64,000 nt of DNA from Perkinsus olseni. Its lineage: Eukaryota. Location: positions 1-64,000 of the forward strand of contig JABANN010000002.1 of assembly GCA_013115125.1 (NCBI GenBank). Direction: 5' to 3'. The notes under the pieces are model-generated. The model did no database searches and was not told where the DNA came from. It saw only the letters and a program-made list of their open reading frames with translations. The stretch's first letter is position 1. Each line of letters begins with the position of its first letter. A program made the translations under genes and the position numbers. Below are positions 1-14,300 of the stretch, piece after piece.

Positions 1-116
1 TAGCACTAACCACCCTTGTGATGAAATTCTCCATGTGTTAAGAATGATGGTGTTAAAAATAATTGGTCACCCGCGGTCCTTCATTATTCGTCCCGCATAC
101 CATCTTTTCACCAGAA

Positions 117-3100
117 ATGAGCGCATCTGACAACAAAGGTGAGCCCGGACGAGATGGCGGGACTCTAAGCCTCATTCGTCATCAGTTAACGCGCCGTCAC
201 GAATATCATTAGAATATTCTGATATGAAGTATGAAGTCCCGATCGAGGGAAACCCGAGGAAGGTGAGGAGGAGCGCTTTGACCATCACCGCTGGTGGACT
301 GATTTTCATCGTCGGGCTCGGAACACGACCCAAAGGCAGAGATGATGATGATATGGACGTTCGGGAAGACGCTACCGGAAAATATTTTCTCGGCAAAAAA
401 TAGTTTTTACAGGCGAAAAATTCTTGCGTAGCAGTTAAATGTCGAACCAGCTCCTGTAGACGACATCGTTCACTCAGTATCAATTCGGACTGTGAATTTG
501 TAGTCAGCGGAAAGTTCATTGTTGATAGTGAATAAACGATACCGTGATAGTGTTATTGCCACTGATCGTCACCTGTCGGTCCAAAGGGTTCCTCGAGAGA
601 TGCTCCACCTGCTTGCTTCTACTTCTACTCGCCTGATAACCGTGACCCAATACAAGCGGTTAAAACCACGGTGTGGGAAGCCAACAACTGATGGTTACTG
701 ATTTTCGGAATTCAATTTAAGACGTCTTCTATTTTATCTCCTAAAACTTTCTTTCCGAGCTACGCCGGCCAATATGTCAGATACTGAACGACCTGTCGGG
801 CTCGATCCAGTCTGGGCGGCTGACGGCCATAATGGGTCCTTCAGGGAGCGGCAAGTCAACCTTCCTCAACGTCCTCTCAGGGAGAACTAGCAGCAAGGTG
901 AGCTCGTCAGATCCTGAGTATCCATCCCCGAGTAGCTATCCCACTACAGTCACGCTCAACCTCTGGTCTGTATTGGCAAACTCATTCCTCGGTTTCCGGG
1001 CCGCGGGTTTGAGGTTTCGTCAAGAACCGATCGTAGGTTTCGATTGTGCGATCGGGTTACGACCCGTAACCCCTCCGCACTTCTGAGATTTCTGTCTCTT
1101 CACTGGGTTTAGCGCCAAAGATAAGAAAATGGAGAACTGCGAAAATAGGAAAATATGAAAGAATGGAGAATAAGATAATAGAAAAATATGTGAACAAGAA
1201 CATAACCCGAAAGATACTTGAATAAAGCCTACCTCATAAATAGACATTCAAGATGAGGAGATTAATTCAATTTGGCTAACTGATAATTTTTTCAGTCAGT
1301 AAAGGGCTCAACCGTCAGCGTGAACCTGAAAGTAAATGGCAGAAGCATCGACCCGGTGGAGGCGAAAAGAGAGTTTGCGTGAGATTTTATGGGACTGGAA
1401 TGCCGAAGTCGTGGAATTTCTTTCGCTCACAGAAGAAAGATTTCGTCTCATGTTTTCACCCTCCAGAAGCAATCAATTTATTTTCAGCGATGTCAGATAC
1501 GTGATGTCTGAGGACGCTCTCCTGGCTACGTCAACCCCCTACGAGTGCATAAGCTTCGCCGCAAAGATGAGACTGCCTAGGGTGAGGGGCTCATCCTTCC
1601 AGTCCATCGTGTAGCCTGTCTTGTTGAACCCGTAGTTAGCCCGCAGAGGGAACTTCATGATTCGGTCTGTTGAAGGTTCCTGGAAAGTCAGTCTGGTGTA
1701 GGGCAACGTAATCATTAAAGCGCGACAGTAGTGCTTCTGATACAAATCTAACTCTGTCGGAAACATATGGACAGCTGCTACAGAAATTCTGGGTCTGAGG
1801 AAGCCATTCTGGGCCAGAATGGCAGCTTACAGATGATCTGCTGTAGATCATGTCTCGGTCTCTCGAAAACAATGAGAAGTTCGCGCGACAGCCGCCTCAT
1901 CGTCATTTTGTTGGAAGTTAGTTGTTCAGAGTATTCTGTAGAAAATATCACACAATTGAGCGTTTAGAGGGTGATTTTCCATACGACGAGGACATTCTCG
2001 GCCGTTGTGATTTTAGATGAAAAACGAAGAGCGAGCGGCCAAGGTTCACCACCTGATAGACACGCTAGGCCTGACTAAGTGCCAGAGCTCCCTCATAGGA
2101 AACGAGAATATCAAGGGCGTATCAAGTGAGAAGGCAAAACGACTCGACGAAGCATTGCAACACCTCCATCGCCATGACAACGAAAGCCTCAACATTTTGA
2201 TCCTCCATCTCCTGCGATCGTTCTCCGACTCGAGCGTCTGATGGAATACTCTTCCGTTTTTACTGGCACGGACAGCACGTATATTAGTCTATTGCGCGTT
2301 GCTAGCGAAACGCTATCGTTAGCACACGTGGCGGGAGAACGGCGGTGAATGAATTAAATTACAAAATCAGTGCTGCCACGCGGCCTTACTTTTGCATGTT
2401 GAATTTTCTCTGTTACTTCACCACGCAGTCAAATCCTTCATAATCTTTCTTGCTGTCCGACTGGTTGCCAGCTGACAGGTCGTTGGTTGAGTGGGAGCTA
2501 ACGTATCCATTGGTCAGGTGGCGAGCGGAAGAGAACAGCAGTTGCGGTGGAACTTGTTCATGATCCGCCAATAATGTTTCTGGACGAACCCACCAGCGGC
2601 CTGGACTCCTTCTCCGCGTAAGTTTCCATCGTATGGTATTGCAGCAGAGGACGTACTCGCTTTAAGAGGGTATATGAGTTTATGATTCGACCTCGAGCCA
2701 TTTTTACCACTCGTAAAAATTTGGAAGGATAACACTTATTCTCCAAAATCTGCGATTAAATCACTATAATTGAGTATCTTTGAGCTCCTCGGCTTCCGAT
2801 AATATTTTCAGCCCGGAAATATTTTTCCGGAAATCTGAAAATTTTAGGTACAAACTCGTTGAAGTCTTGAAGGAACTGAACGCTAACGGAAGATGGTAGG
2901 GAAAGGAAGTCCCAATTTTGTGGCGCGCGACATATTCTCACTAGCATCGTGGCGACCATCCATCAGCCAAGCAGTGAAGTCTTTCATCTTTTCGATGATG
3001 TGCTCTTCTTGTGGGAGGGCTACTGTATCTACCATGGGCCGGTCGATGAGGTAGGTGGCAAGTGGTCGATCGATATGGCGTATGCATAGTGATAATCCCT

Positions 3101-6100
3101 AGGCAGAAATTCTGCCGCAAAATCACTGAGTGATTGAACACATTCTTTGGGTCGCTGCCGCTTTGGACCGAATATTCATACATGTATGCCCTGTGAGTCG
3201 TCGGTCATCTTGTTCCATACGGGCGAACGCCGCAGCCTTCAGTCCGCAGGTGAATTATGGGACCATTTTTCGCCTTCACTTCTTCCGAATTTTGTCTGGA
3301 GGATGTCGGTGTTCACATCACGTCTCAGCTCCATCATTACTTTGCGAATTCATAAACAAAAGCAGAGTACTTATGACGAATGTAGACACCGAATTCAAAA
3401 TCTGATCCGAACTAAGTCCGTCTTAACTTGGTTTCTCAAGCACAGCTTGGGGAGCGGATAGTGGATATTGTTGTGGAAGCATATGACGCTTAGCTGTACA
3501 TGTACATGTATTGCAACAAGTTCCCATAACCCTATAGAACAACTTTTACAACTCGAACCGGCAACTATTCAAGCATTTCGCTCAGCTCTAGCGACACAAC
3601 AATCATGTTCACAACAGCCTTATCGTCTATAACTTTCGTAGACTCGGCCTTTGCGAAGTTTGATGAGTGAGGTACATAGCCTTCTCCAGAAGGGACCCTG
3701 GGCGTTCTGATCTTCGTAGGTGGAAGATTACTTCGCGCGTCTCGGTCACTCGGTGCCCGAATCTTTCAACCCTGCGGATTTCATCCTCTTTTTGACACAG
3801 ACACTGGACAGTGAGGAGCTGCAGGTAACGGGTCACCGTCAGAACACATCTTGGGTTACTGTGCTCGTTGCTGTTATTGATTCTCACGCTCGGCTAGATT
3901 CCTGTCGTGATTATTCCAAGTGTGGTTTTATCATAGCCGGACAATTGGAAGAGTGAATAATTGGGAGTTTAGTGAAGACCGATCGCAACTGATTGTCAGA
4001 GGAACTTGCAGTAGGCGCGACCATTGATAGATAACACAATACTTCAAAGTTGAGGAATAACTTATTTGATGATTGCTCAGCAATGTAGAATCACGTAAGC
4101 TTAGCTCAGCCTTTGGATACGGCAGACAGAGCCACACAGGGGGAGAGACTCCTCAGGAGACAGAGCCGCACACAAAACAATCGCATTAGTATCGTTATCT
4201 CGCACTGATTCCGCAACTGTTCGCGACCCACCCGGCCTGGTACGCTTTCTTTAAGAAAAGCCTCGCGGCAGGGCCCTCGCCGGCGATGTGGACCATACGG
4301 TCGGATGATTCTCATCTCCTGGCCGGCGACCCTTGACACGATTCAGCCGCATGCATTGATTTTCTTTTCTATCCAGATGATGGCCGCCAAGTGGTCAGAG
4401 CGCGAGAGCGCATCGTTGATGGAGCCGAAGGTGCTCTGCAAAGGAGACCACCACGACATTCCAAGCTCTGAAAGATCCTCGTTCTTAGTAAGACAGGGCC
4501 CCGCTGTTCTTCTGAATCATTCTCGATGACGATATCGTCGTGAGAGTGAGTGATGAACGAAAAGAAGCTCGTGAAATCCTTACTTGTTCCATCTAAGTAT
4601 TTGATGATGAGCTTACGGACCGTGTCGATGTATAGTCGTCGTCGTATGGTAGCTCACTGATATTCTCGCTGTCTCGGCAGGTCCAGTTTGTTGCCCTTTG
4701 GAAGCGCGACGTCAAGGGATTCTTTAGAGACACAAGTGAGTTGGCCCGAGCTTTTTCTCGACCAATCCAGCATTCGGCTTGCTCGCATTCTCTCTCTGCG
4801 TTACCCCGCGCGAGAGCGAAAACAACAGCCGCGATGGGAGAGGATTCTTGCCCATACTGCAATAGGAATTTTTGAGATTCCTTGGTCTCACTATTCGCTA
4901 TCAAAAGATTCCCACTCAGATTCCCTACGCGCTCGGTTAGCTTTTACAGTCTTCCTGAACCTACTCTTCGGCTTCATCTATCTGGACTCAGGCGGACGCT
5001 CCAGTGAGTTCTTTTTCGTGTCTTCAATGATGATGCCTTCCGTTAAACTTCAGGTGGCTATGTCTTGGGAGTTGGTGAGAGTGTCGGGAAATCACACGTC
5101 GGCGCCTTGACTCTCCTTGCCATCAACAACATGTTCTCACAAGCTCAGGTGAGCTCAATAGGTTCACAGCGCCGAAAATGGTACGACTTTTCACCGCCAG
5201 GTGCTCCTCCTGACGTTTCCTCTCGAGAGGCCAACATTTCTTCGAGAGTATCTTTCAGGGATGTATTCTGCAGTAGGTTCGAACGATGCTGTCTGAAGAT
5301 ACTGTCGCTTCATTGGCTTCTCGCATTTCGATGGTCGCGGGATTTCAAAAGCTACCCTCTTCCTGCCTCGCCGAACCTTTGCGATTGGCATTTGTCCAGC
5401 CTAGGACGGGACTAGTATCTTTCTCAGGGAGCCTACTTTCTCTCCAAGTCCTGCGTGGAGATACCGGTGGCGTTCGTTCAGACAGGGGTGTCGGTGGCAA
5501 TACTATACAATATGATGGGCCTCAATGGGCCTTTCCTTGAGATAGTGAGTTCACGTTGGCTTCGAAACTCCCATGGTACATCACGGTGTGCGGCTCAAGT
5601 TGTGGCAGCCAGTCGGTCGAACAAAAATTTTGTAGAAAAATATCGCAGAAATAGTGTTGATGAATACTGCAAGCATAGCATTTTCCATCCTCTCCTGGAC
5701 CTGTTGCCAGCCGGCTGAGGTTGACGAATGAAATTCAACTGAAGTAGCATTAGGATTGCGCGCGACATTTCAAATAGGGCCATCAGTTTGGTGGGCATGG
5801 TTGCTCTTATTATGGTCGGCAAAATCTCAATTCTTGTGTCGGCGGCTCAATGAGTTTTTGCTTGTCAGTGGCTGGCGGTATTCCTCCTGGCCTCGGCTAT
5901 CGCGTCTACAGCTGTTATGGCTGGCTGCTTCGCACCGAATCCAAAGACAGCGATGGAAGCTGGCCCACTGCTGTTTGTACCGCAGATTCTCTTTGCAGGC
6001 TTTTTTGTTGATCTCAGCGAGGTGAGTTGGGAGCCATTGATTGAGAGCACATTTATTTGACCGAGTGGCCGCATGAGTTTCGAAAACTCAGTTTTCATCG

Positions 6101-6534
6101 CACGGGATGACACTTCCAGCGAATACTGTAGAATCACTCCTTTAGACAATGGAAATGATCCGTGATCGGATTCCGATCATCGGAAGGAATCGATAAGATC
6201 ATGAACAGATCATGGGCCGCAGATCGAAGAGACTTTCTTCAGGTGCCCGCCTTCCTTCGTTGGGTGCAGTATTTGTGCTCTCTCAAATACGCTATGAATT
6301 TGCTGTTCATCGCGGAATTCTCCGATCATCCTGGGGTAGCCAAGGGGAAGCCGGGCGCACGTCATTCTGCCGTGAACGTCACACTGTTCTGGTCAGGGTG
6401 AGGATGTCCTGATATCGAACGACGTTGAGGAAGATCTCAAATGGGCTTACATTTTGCTGCTGCTTGCGCTCCTTATTGTTTTCCGTTTGGTGGGGTTGGT
6501 CGCTCTGACCCGTAAAGCGGTCACGGTGTATTGA
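117..6534 (+). CDS. ABC transporter, subfamily G half-transporter (multi-exon)
   Basis: Spliced exons give Walker [11 protein letters not shown] (832-861), signature VS/GGERKR and Walker [14 protein letters not shown] (~2518-2612), [13 protein letters not shown] (~2945), NPADF (~3768) and C-terminal TM segments with [28 protein letters not shown] precedes TMD. Stop TGA at 6532-6534; start ATG at 117 is inferred. Confidence 0.9.
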
Positions 6535-7940
6535 AGTGCCACGATAGCATGCAAGTTGTGATGTGCTGAATCCTCGTGAGACTTGAGTTCATGGAGTCGA
6601 ACGAAGATGAAGGCGAAAGTATCAGGTTGAATTGCGGATGTAGGGCGGCTCGAGAACCCCAGACTATCGTTCATCGTCGCCATATTGCTGATGCATGAAC
6701 TGGTATAATTCCTAACAGGCTCACGGTGATCCTGCGTCGTAGTGCTAGCTGTGTACCGCGCGGCACAGTGCTAGTCGAGCCCGCGATCCCTGTCGGTCTT
6801 GGCTAGATTGGGGCACCGGGTTTAAACAACTCTTGTTTGCGGTCTGACAAGACAATGACAATGACATCCTCAAGACAATGAAAGGGACAACTGAAGTGCT
6901 CGAGATTTGCTCGCTTTCGCATATTCGCTCGTTGTATATTACAACCTGTAACAACGATTTTACCATGTGCAGGTTGCACATGCACTGTCGCATCATGCGA
7001 CTCGCATGTGTGACACGTGCAGTACAGGTGTTGCATGATGCAACTTGCATCGTGAAAAGCTCCCAGATCGCTCGTGTGTGCGACAGACGGTCTGTCTTTC
7101 CATTTTATCGTTCACAAGTGATACTTTCATATATGCATTTGTCCAAGAAAACGATACGTCCGTGGATAGAACTCGGGATATCACTATGATCGGATCATGG
7201 TCCTGGCAGTCCACTGTACAGACCAACTCATCAAAATCACTGGACCGCTCCCCACGGTGCGAAGCACACATATTCATATGGCTGCCCATTCACTTAATCA
7301 AATGACAAACTTTATCACCGTATCGGCCTTTCAACTCACTTTGTTGAACGGCCTAGAACTGAGAGGACCTCTGAGCCACCAGGTGGCTTGAGACAAGACA
7401 TACGGAAAGAAATAGGCGATGATAGATACCCGACGTCGATGCTCTAGTAAGTGGAGTTCAGTTACTACTGGTAACTTACTACAGTCTAGTGGGTTAGTGA
7501 CGACTCGTCACTGGCGAGCCGCTCGTCGTGCTACTGTAGTATCTTTTCACTTGCTCGGCTGAAAAAATGGGAGAGTTTGGCGCCACTAGCTTGTCGTCTA
7601 ATGCTCGTGACAAGAGGATTTGGGAAAAGCACGTCGACTTGCAATACAGCGGCACTGGCGTATTTCCGCGGCGCGCCTCCTAAAGCGGCGCGGAAGCATT
7701 TTCCGGCGGAAAGGCCTCTCGAGCGGCGCTAATTCCAACAGATGAGCGTCTATAATAACACGCTATGACTCACATAGAATCGACTGCGTTGATGAAAAGA
7801 GACGGGAGAAGATTATTTGAATCAAAGATTAGGTGTGTCGTCGCTCGGCGTAAAAGGCATATGATATGCCGCATATCCTCTCTCTAACATAGAAGTTTCG
7901 TAACAGTTATTGTGTTCTTTGTCTGAGCTACCCTCACGCA

Positions 7941-8312
7941 ATGAAGAAAGCCGACGCTGCGCTGTTTCTCCTGGCTACACTCAAAGGATCCTGGAAAGCA
8001 GCGGCACTGCGCCAATTGCCGGATGACCCGACCAAGACTGTGACGCTGCCAGTCAGGGAGGGGTTCGTCACGATTAACGTCGACGGCCAAGACGTAGATC
8101 TGCTCTTGGATTCTGGCTACTGTGAATTGAATGTGCTTGATGGCTATTGGTATGAGAGGACCTACGGGACTGGTGCATGCAAGGAACGCGGCTCGGGCTG
8201 CTACTTCTGCCCAGAGGAGAAACCCTGCGAGTTCGATGGTAAAGAGCCCATCACACGCGTGAGTTTCGGAGGCAACATGAGTATGATCAGCATACACCGT
8301 TCTGAGACCTTG
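7941..8312 (+). pseudogene. Secreted pepsin-like aspartic protease, 5' half, interrupted by transposon insertion
   Basis: Signal-peptide-like N-terminus, first catalytic motif LLLDSGY and Cys motif GCYFCP shared with the downstream paralogues. Ends at HRSETL with a TAG at the insertion junction. Confidence 0.85.
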
Positions 8313-8328
8313 TAGTACACCAGACCGT

Positions 8329-11300
8329 TTGGGTGGCTTGATAGTTGCCCCACAAATCGTTAAACCTTTAGTAAAGAGATACAATGTGAATGCCTACGAG
8401 GTATTGAAGGTTACCGGTTCATATAGTGGAATGAGTTCCTGCATGCTTCAAACGAGACGTAGATGGGATATAACATCAAAGTTGGTGGCTGATTCTGAAC
8501 GACCACCAATAACGTGCAGGCAAGATGTTAAGAACAGGTTACAGCATTTCGTTAATGAAGGCTCTCTTCCGGACGTAGTAGGACAAGATATGGAAGCTTA
8601 TGCGAATCTATCAGAGGACGAACATCGTCTGGTCGCTCTATGCCAAGAGTCTGCGAGTAAGTTTGAGATGAGCAATTTGATGGACTGCCGCCATATTTGT
8701 AATAAACAGCTTCAAAATGAGCAATTGTATATTGATATTGATATAACTGATGAACAAGGTGATGTTGAAACAATTGAAGCTAAGATTAATCTGCCATGGC
8801 CGGTATGCTTATTAGAAACTTCTAGTAGGGCATGCACAATGTCGCCTGTAAGTGTTAAAAGAGAAACGCATGACCTCAGAAGTTTTTGGATATTTAGTAT
8901 TTTATTGTGTAATATTCCGTGGCTATGGATTCTCGCATGTAATGTTGTTAGAGACTCATCCCGAGAGCATTGGCTCGGCCACATCTTGAGATATATTGCA
9001 GTAACATTTATGAAACGTAAAATGAAAGTAGTTGGAAAACATAATCCGTATAGACAAATTTGGAACAAGATTGCTTTAGAGAAATTATTGCAAGATTATT
9101 TAACATATAATGGTTCTTTCGTGGAGAGTGTAACTCACTATTTCTCTACGATACCGTCGTCCGACTGTTGTACATGTATGATGTCGGAAGATTCAAATCT
9201 CGAAGACACACTTCAGAAGTCCCATCATAGAATCATATTTCTTATACGAAAGAAAACTCGTTATTTTTTTCCTCAAGAAATTCCAATATATACTCAGATT
9301 GGGGCATCATTCATTCTGAGGTTTATTGGTTACACGAACGATCAAGTATACATTGATGAACGAAGGCATAATTTCAGGGGAGAATGTTGCACGCAAACAC
9401 CATGTAAACCTGGTGAAATTATGCATTACACATCTACAAATGCTGTACCAACTGTGTTGACTGTGATACCTGAGTCAATCAAAAAACATTGGTCACTCAT
9501 TTGTTACGAACGTACTGATATTAAAACCGTTGCAGAAAGACGGAACGATTATTTAAGTCAAACATATGGTTCAGTTGGTGTTAGATGTTATTCGCATGAG
9601 ACGCCTCTCATGCGGGATGTTCCGAAATCTCAGTTTAGATGTATGTTTTCTAATTCTGATCCCAATTTGGATCCATGTACTCGTAAAAGTTTTGCCCGTT
9701 GTATAACATCAGCTTGTTCCGTGGCTTTGTGTAAAAGACATTTCAGCGCATTGAGTGAATCATCACAGCCCGTATATGTGAGAGGGATAACTCAACAAAC
9801 ATCTGATGCTGCATCTCCAAGCAGCGAAGCTATGTCTGATGATGATATATATAGTCATGTTCGTTCTATGAGAAACACTGGCGATTCATGTGAGGAGCCT
9901 GTAGATAATGATTTTTTTGATGCGCAGAGTGGCATCACATCGACCGAGGATGAGGCTCTATTCAGTACCTCTGAAGGAACTTCTACCTCTAGTCATGATT
10001 CGTCAAGCCAAGCAAGTATTGATGATCTAATATCCAACGATCCTGAAGTACCGAATGTAACCAATACTGATGCTGCTGCCTGTTATTATGCTCTTGTTGA
10101 TCCTACAAATGAGAAGTCGTCAATTCCACGACATATCATCTTGAATCTGGATAGCCATGTACTACGTAGGACTAAAAATCCTATCAAAGGTAATATCTCT
10201 CAAAGAAGATTTCTGCAGAATATAGTGTCTAGCGAACCTGGTCAGTCCTTGCCTCTTATTAATTTCGAAGCTGATATTTTTCCCACCATTTTTTATAATC
10301 AAAGTTTCGATGGCCTCTTTCCAGGAGCAATTCCTCAAATATTATACAATAGTTCAAGGCAAAACGCTGTACTAGGCTTTTCGGGTATAGACGAAATACT
10401 TCGTTGCAGAGTCAAAGATGGGGCTTCTCTCACTGGAACAGATCCTCGATATGTATCTCATGCCTTTGACGTACTTATAAATTTAGAACTAAATACGTCA
10501 GATACTAGGATTGTACAGAGCAGAGGGTATGAGCACCTGATGGGGTATTATACTCACCAGCCACATGAAAGTAAAATGAGTTTCGACAGTGTAGATTCTC
10601 GTACGAGAATAGCAGAATTAGCTGCGTTCACGAAAGAAGATCCGCAGTATTTTTATACCCATACTGTGAGTATGCGACATCATCCCGGAGTCTGCCCAAT
10701 CTATCTCCGGGCGGAAGAACTCGGGTTGATAGATGATGATAAAGATTTTACTAAGGCTCGAGACATGTCGATAGCTGTACAGTTGATAAGGTCAAGTCAA
10801 CGCGCAACGAAGTATGTTTGGGAATATATTTTGCGATCTCCTGAATTACCATGTGGAAAAGTGCGAAGTTTGTGGTACAGGTATGAATGGCAGTCAGATC
10901 CCCATCATGCTGGCAACTTGCCTCATACTCATGGTCTCATAAAGATAGAAGAAAGTCGTGAAAATGCAATAACATCTCTTGAGAGAATAGTTTGTTCATG
11001 TAGTAGATTATTCTCTGATAAGGAACACTTATTCAGAATAGGACTGATCGAGTCGGAGGAAGAACTAGAAGAACTGAAGGCAAGAGCTAAAAGGACACAG
11101 CAGCATGATTGTAAAGCATGTGATTACCGTTGCCATAAAGTTATCGATAAGCAAGGAAATACAGTTTGTCGAACACCTTTATATCCACCAAGTGAGACAT
11201 ATTCATTTCAGGAGATTAAAGCTCCGCATAGCGAATCTGCTGAAGAGCTACTCATAGATCTGGGCTTAGCTAGACGAAATACACAAACGGGGGATATAAT

Positions 11301-14300
11301 ATGGAATGATCAATTAATCGGTGGAAAGTATTTTTATCCCGCAGACAAAAATGAACATTTTATTCCTACATCAAGCCATTTGTGGGCTCTCCATCGTAGC
11401 CAATGTAATTTGCTCTACTGTGATCGCTATCGCCGCAGCAAGTATATAGCGAAATACATTGCTGCAGCGGATGCTAAGGGTTCGGTTTTCTTAAAAGCTC
11501 GTACGGCTAAATCTGCTGCAGTGAACGAAAAACATCTTCCTCGCAACACAGAGCTTGTTGTTGCTGTAGAAAAATCGCATAATTTCAAACAAAATCGGAA
11601 AGAACCTCATGCTGCATCCCTTAAACATCAACCAGTTGGTCGGATAACTCCGTTCACTGAGATTGTTTTTCATATTTTGAAACTACAGACAGTATGCACT
11701 AACATCCAATTTTTGAAAATACCAACCATTCCATTCGAAAATCGTTCGGGCGTCGTAACAGAAAGATATATGGGTTCTTCCAAGTACATTCGCCCAGTGA
11801 CTGACACATTCTCGGGCGATATGCCGGAGTGCATTCGCGTAAGACGAGCGCTCCAACTGCCTGAATGGCGTCAACATACAGTATTCCAGCGAACCCTTTT
11901 CGTCGATCGATCAGGCTCTAAGATAAGCCTCGACAAGATTACACTTTTCTCGCTTCGGCCACCGGAATTGCTCATTTTCGGTAATGTTGAACGTTTCTTC
12001 TCCTGGTTCCAGCGAGTATCACCTGGAACTTCATCATTTCCAGCCAAGCCCCATGACGATTTATGCCGATTGATAGAGGCGCCATTTCCAAAAGGCTATT
12101 TCGTAGATATGTTAGGAGCTATATATCTCATTCGCCTAGCGTGTCTTCAGGATTGTAAAGTCTATGTATTGCATAAACTTCAAACCACGCAACCCTCTAC
12201 ATTACATTCAGGGGGTACGGAGCTGTTGAACTCTCTCCTCATTCCTTTAACATCACCACAAGTCGAATACTCGTTACTAGAACGGTTCGTTGTTGATACA
12301 TCCAAACCGATTATTGTCAACAGTAACATTACACCAATGAATCAAAGTAAATTTTTAATCCATCTTGCTTTGTCGTTAGGAGAATATCAAACAGAACTTG
12401 ACTTGTTCTTAGGTCCGTCCATCGCTCATGTTTTTGCTAGATGCTCGCTGATTGATTGGGATGAATCACAGTCGATCAAAAGAGAGACGGTATTACCTGT
12501 TTTGAAACGATATGTTTTAGAACAATTATTGTATTATCCAGCGGGCGGCACTCATACTTTTGATGCATTCTTAGTAGCAGCGCATGCGGCACTTAAAAAG
12601 GGTATTTGTGGAGCAGGCGAAATAACTGCGATTCCAGGAGTGTTGCTTAAACAACTCCATGATAAGGCAACCAGTGATCTTTTAAAGTTGTTGCATGAGA
12701 AACGTATATCCACTGTTCAAGCCTCGCTTGCGGAAGTCGATTTACAATATCCAACAGCGGATCAGTTCATTGATGCTTCAATAGTAAGTCCTTTAGCATG
12801 GTCACCCACTATAACCGCTAGTTCATCGCAGTCGACATTATCTACTTTGGAACAAAACAATGTTTTACGTATTTGTACTAATTATATTGATGAATATTCA
12901 TCAGGGGCGATTGGATTCACACGTTTCCCTGTTATAGTTGGTGGTCCAGGAGTAGGAAAAACTTTCCTTCTGACACTCCTAGGATTATATGGTAGGAGTA
13001 AAGGTTTACAGATAATATTTACTTCTCTGACGGCTGAAACTTCGGTAAAGTTTGGGGGGGCGCATATACATTATCTTCTGCCCATCCCAATCATTCATAA
13101 TAAATCAACGATAGATGTTGATCGTTTAGCTGAGAAAACAATATTATCGTTGGGTAGGAATCCGTTAAAAACAGCTTATCTGAGGCATATTGATATACTT
13201 TGCATTGAAGAATTGGGTCTCATTAGTGCAGAGTTGATCGCTGTCATAGATCGCTGCCTTCGGATCGTTCGCAAAAGCAGTGATCCATTTGGTGGTATTT
13301 GTGTATTGGCTACTATGGATCCAGTACAATTACCACCAATTCAAGGGCGGCCAGTTCTCACGTCACCCATAATACTTACAACTTTCCGTTTGCTTCAGCT
13401 TAAAGAATATGTTAGAGCGGCTTCAGATATGGACTTGCAACGTATTAATGAGATTGGTCGCATCCCCAATTTGCATATTTTTCCGGATCTGATAGATGAG
13501 TATTGTGCCATTATTGATAGAAGATGTGTTTTTGTCAAAACCTTCGACGATATACCGCATGAAATTCTCCGAGTTGTGGGTAAACGTGTAGCTGAACAGC
13601 AAGCAATAAAAGAACGTGATGATTATATTAGGAATAATGTTCCATCTCAACAGCAAATGCTTTCTATCGCTGTGGATATAGAAAGTACAACCGAAGGATT
13701 AGAGTGGAATTCTGCGAGACGGGAAACAATAGCTATTCTTGATAAAAAATGTCTCGAGCCGTCACTTTTACGTTTACATATAGGCATGTTGGTTCGTTTG
13801 ACTCTTAATGATAGTATATTCCGTCGATTTTCGCAAGGTCAACTTGCTGTCGTCACCAAGTTACCTTCCCAAGATCATGGTCCATTGTCTATACTAGTAG
13901 CACCTGCAGGTAACAGAAATTTACCGAGGAACGGTGATTACATTCGAGCCGGTTGGCATCCAGTTATAATCACGTTCCCTTCAGTCGGTCGCGATGTCGC
14001 CATCAGGCAGGGTGTCTTGGGACAACGGTTGCAATATTCCGTCAAACCGTATGTTGCAGCGACGGTCCACCGTTGTATGGGAAACACTCTACCGAGTGTT
14101 TGCGCGCAACTGAGTTTACTAGACCGGCGGCATCACTTGTGGTTAAGAGCGCAAATATATACTCTTTTTTCTAGAGTGCGATCGCTCGATAACATAACAC
14201 TGGTGGGTGATCGCACCGAAACTTTAGCAGTAATACGCACACTCCTCAACAAAGTACAACAGTATGACGAGTACATTCATATTATAATGCAGAACCTTGA

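Noticed and set aside
4549-4660. TGATGA...CTGA pairs in ABCG introns (also 3661-3710 and 5658-5718) as C/D snoRNAs
   Set aside because: No convincing terminal stems, and I could not recognise rRNA-complementary guides; needs snoscan/Infernal.
6960-7050. TGCA/CACGTG-rich intergenic patches (also 20915-21005)
   Set aside because: Could be transcription-factor sites, but indistinguishable from low-complexity sequence without enrichment statistics.
8313-8321. TAGTACAC at the left junction as a CRESS-virus nonanucleotide
   Set aside because: Imperfect match, not in a stem-loop; the helicase is SF1/PIF1 rather than SF3 and no capsid gene is seen.
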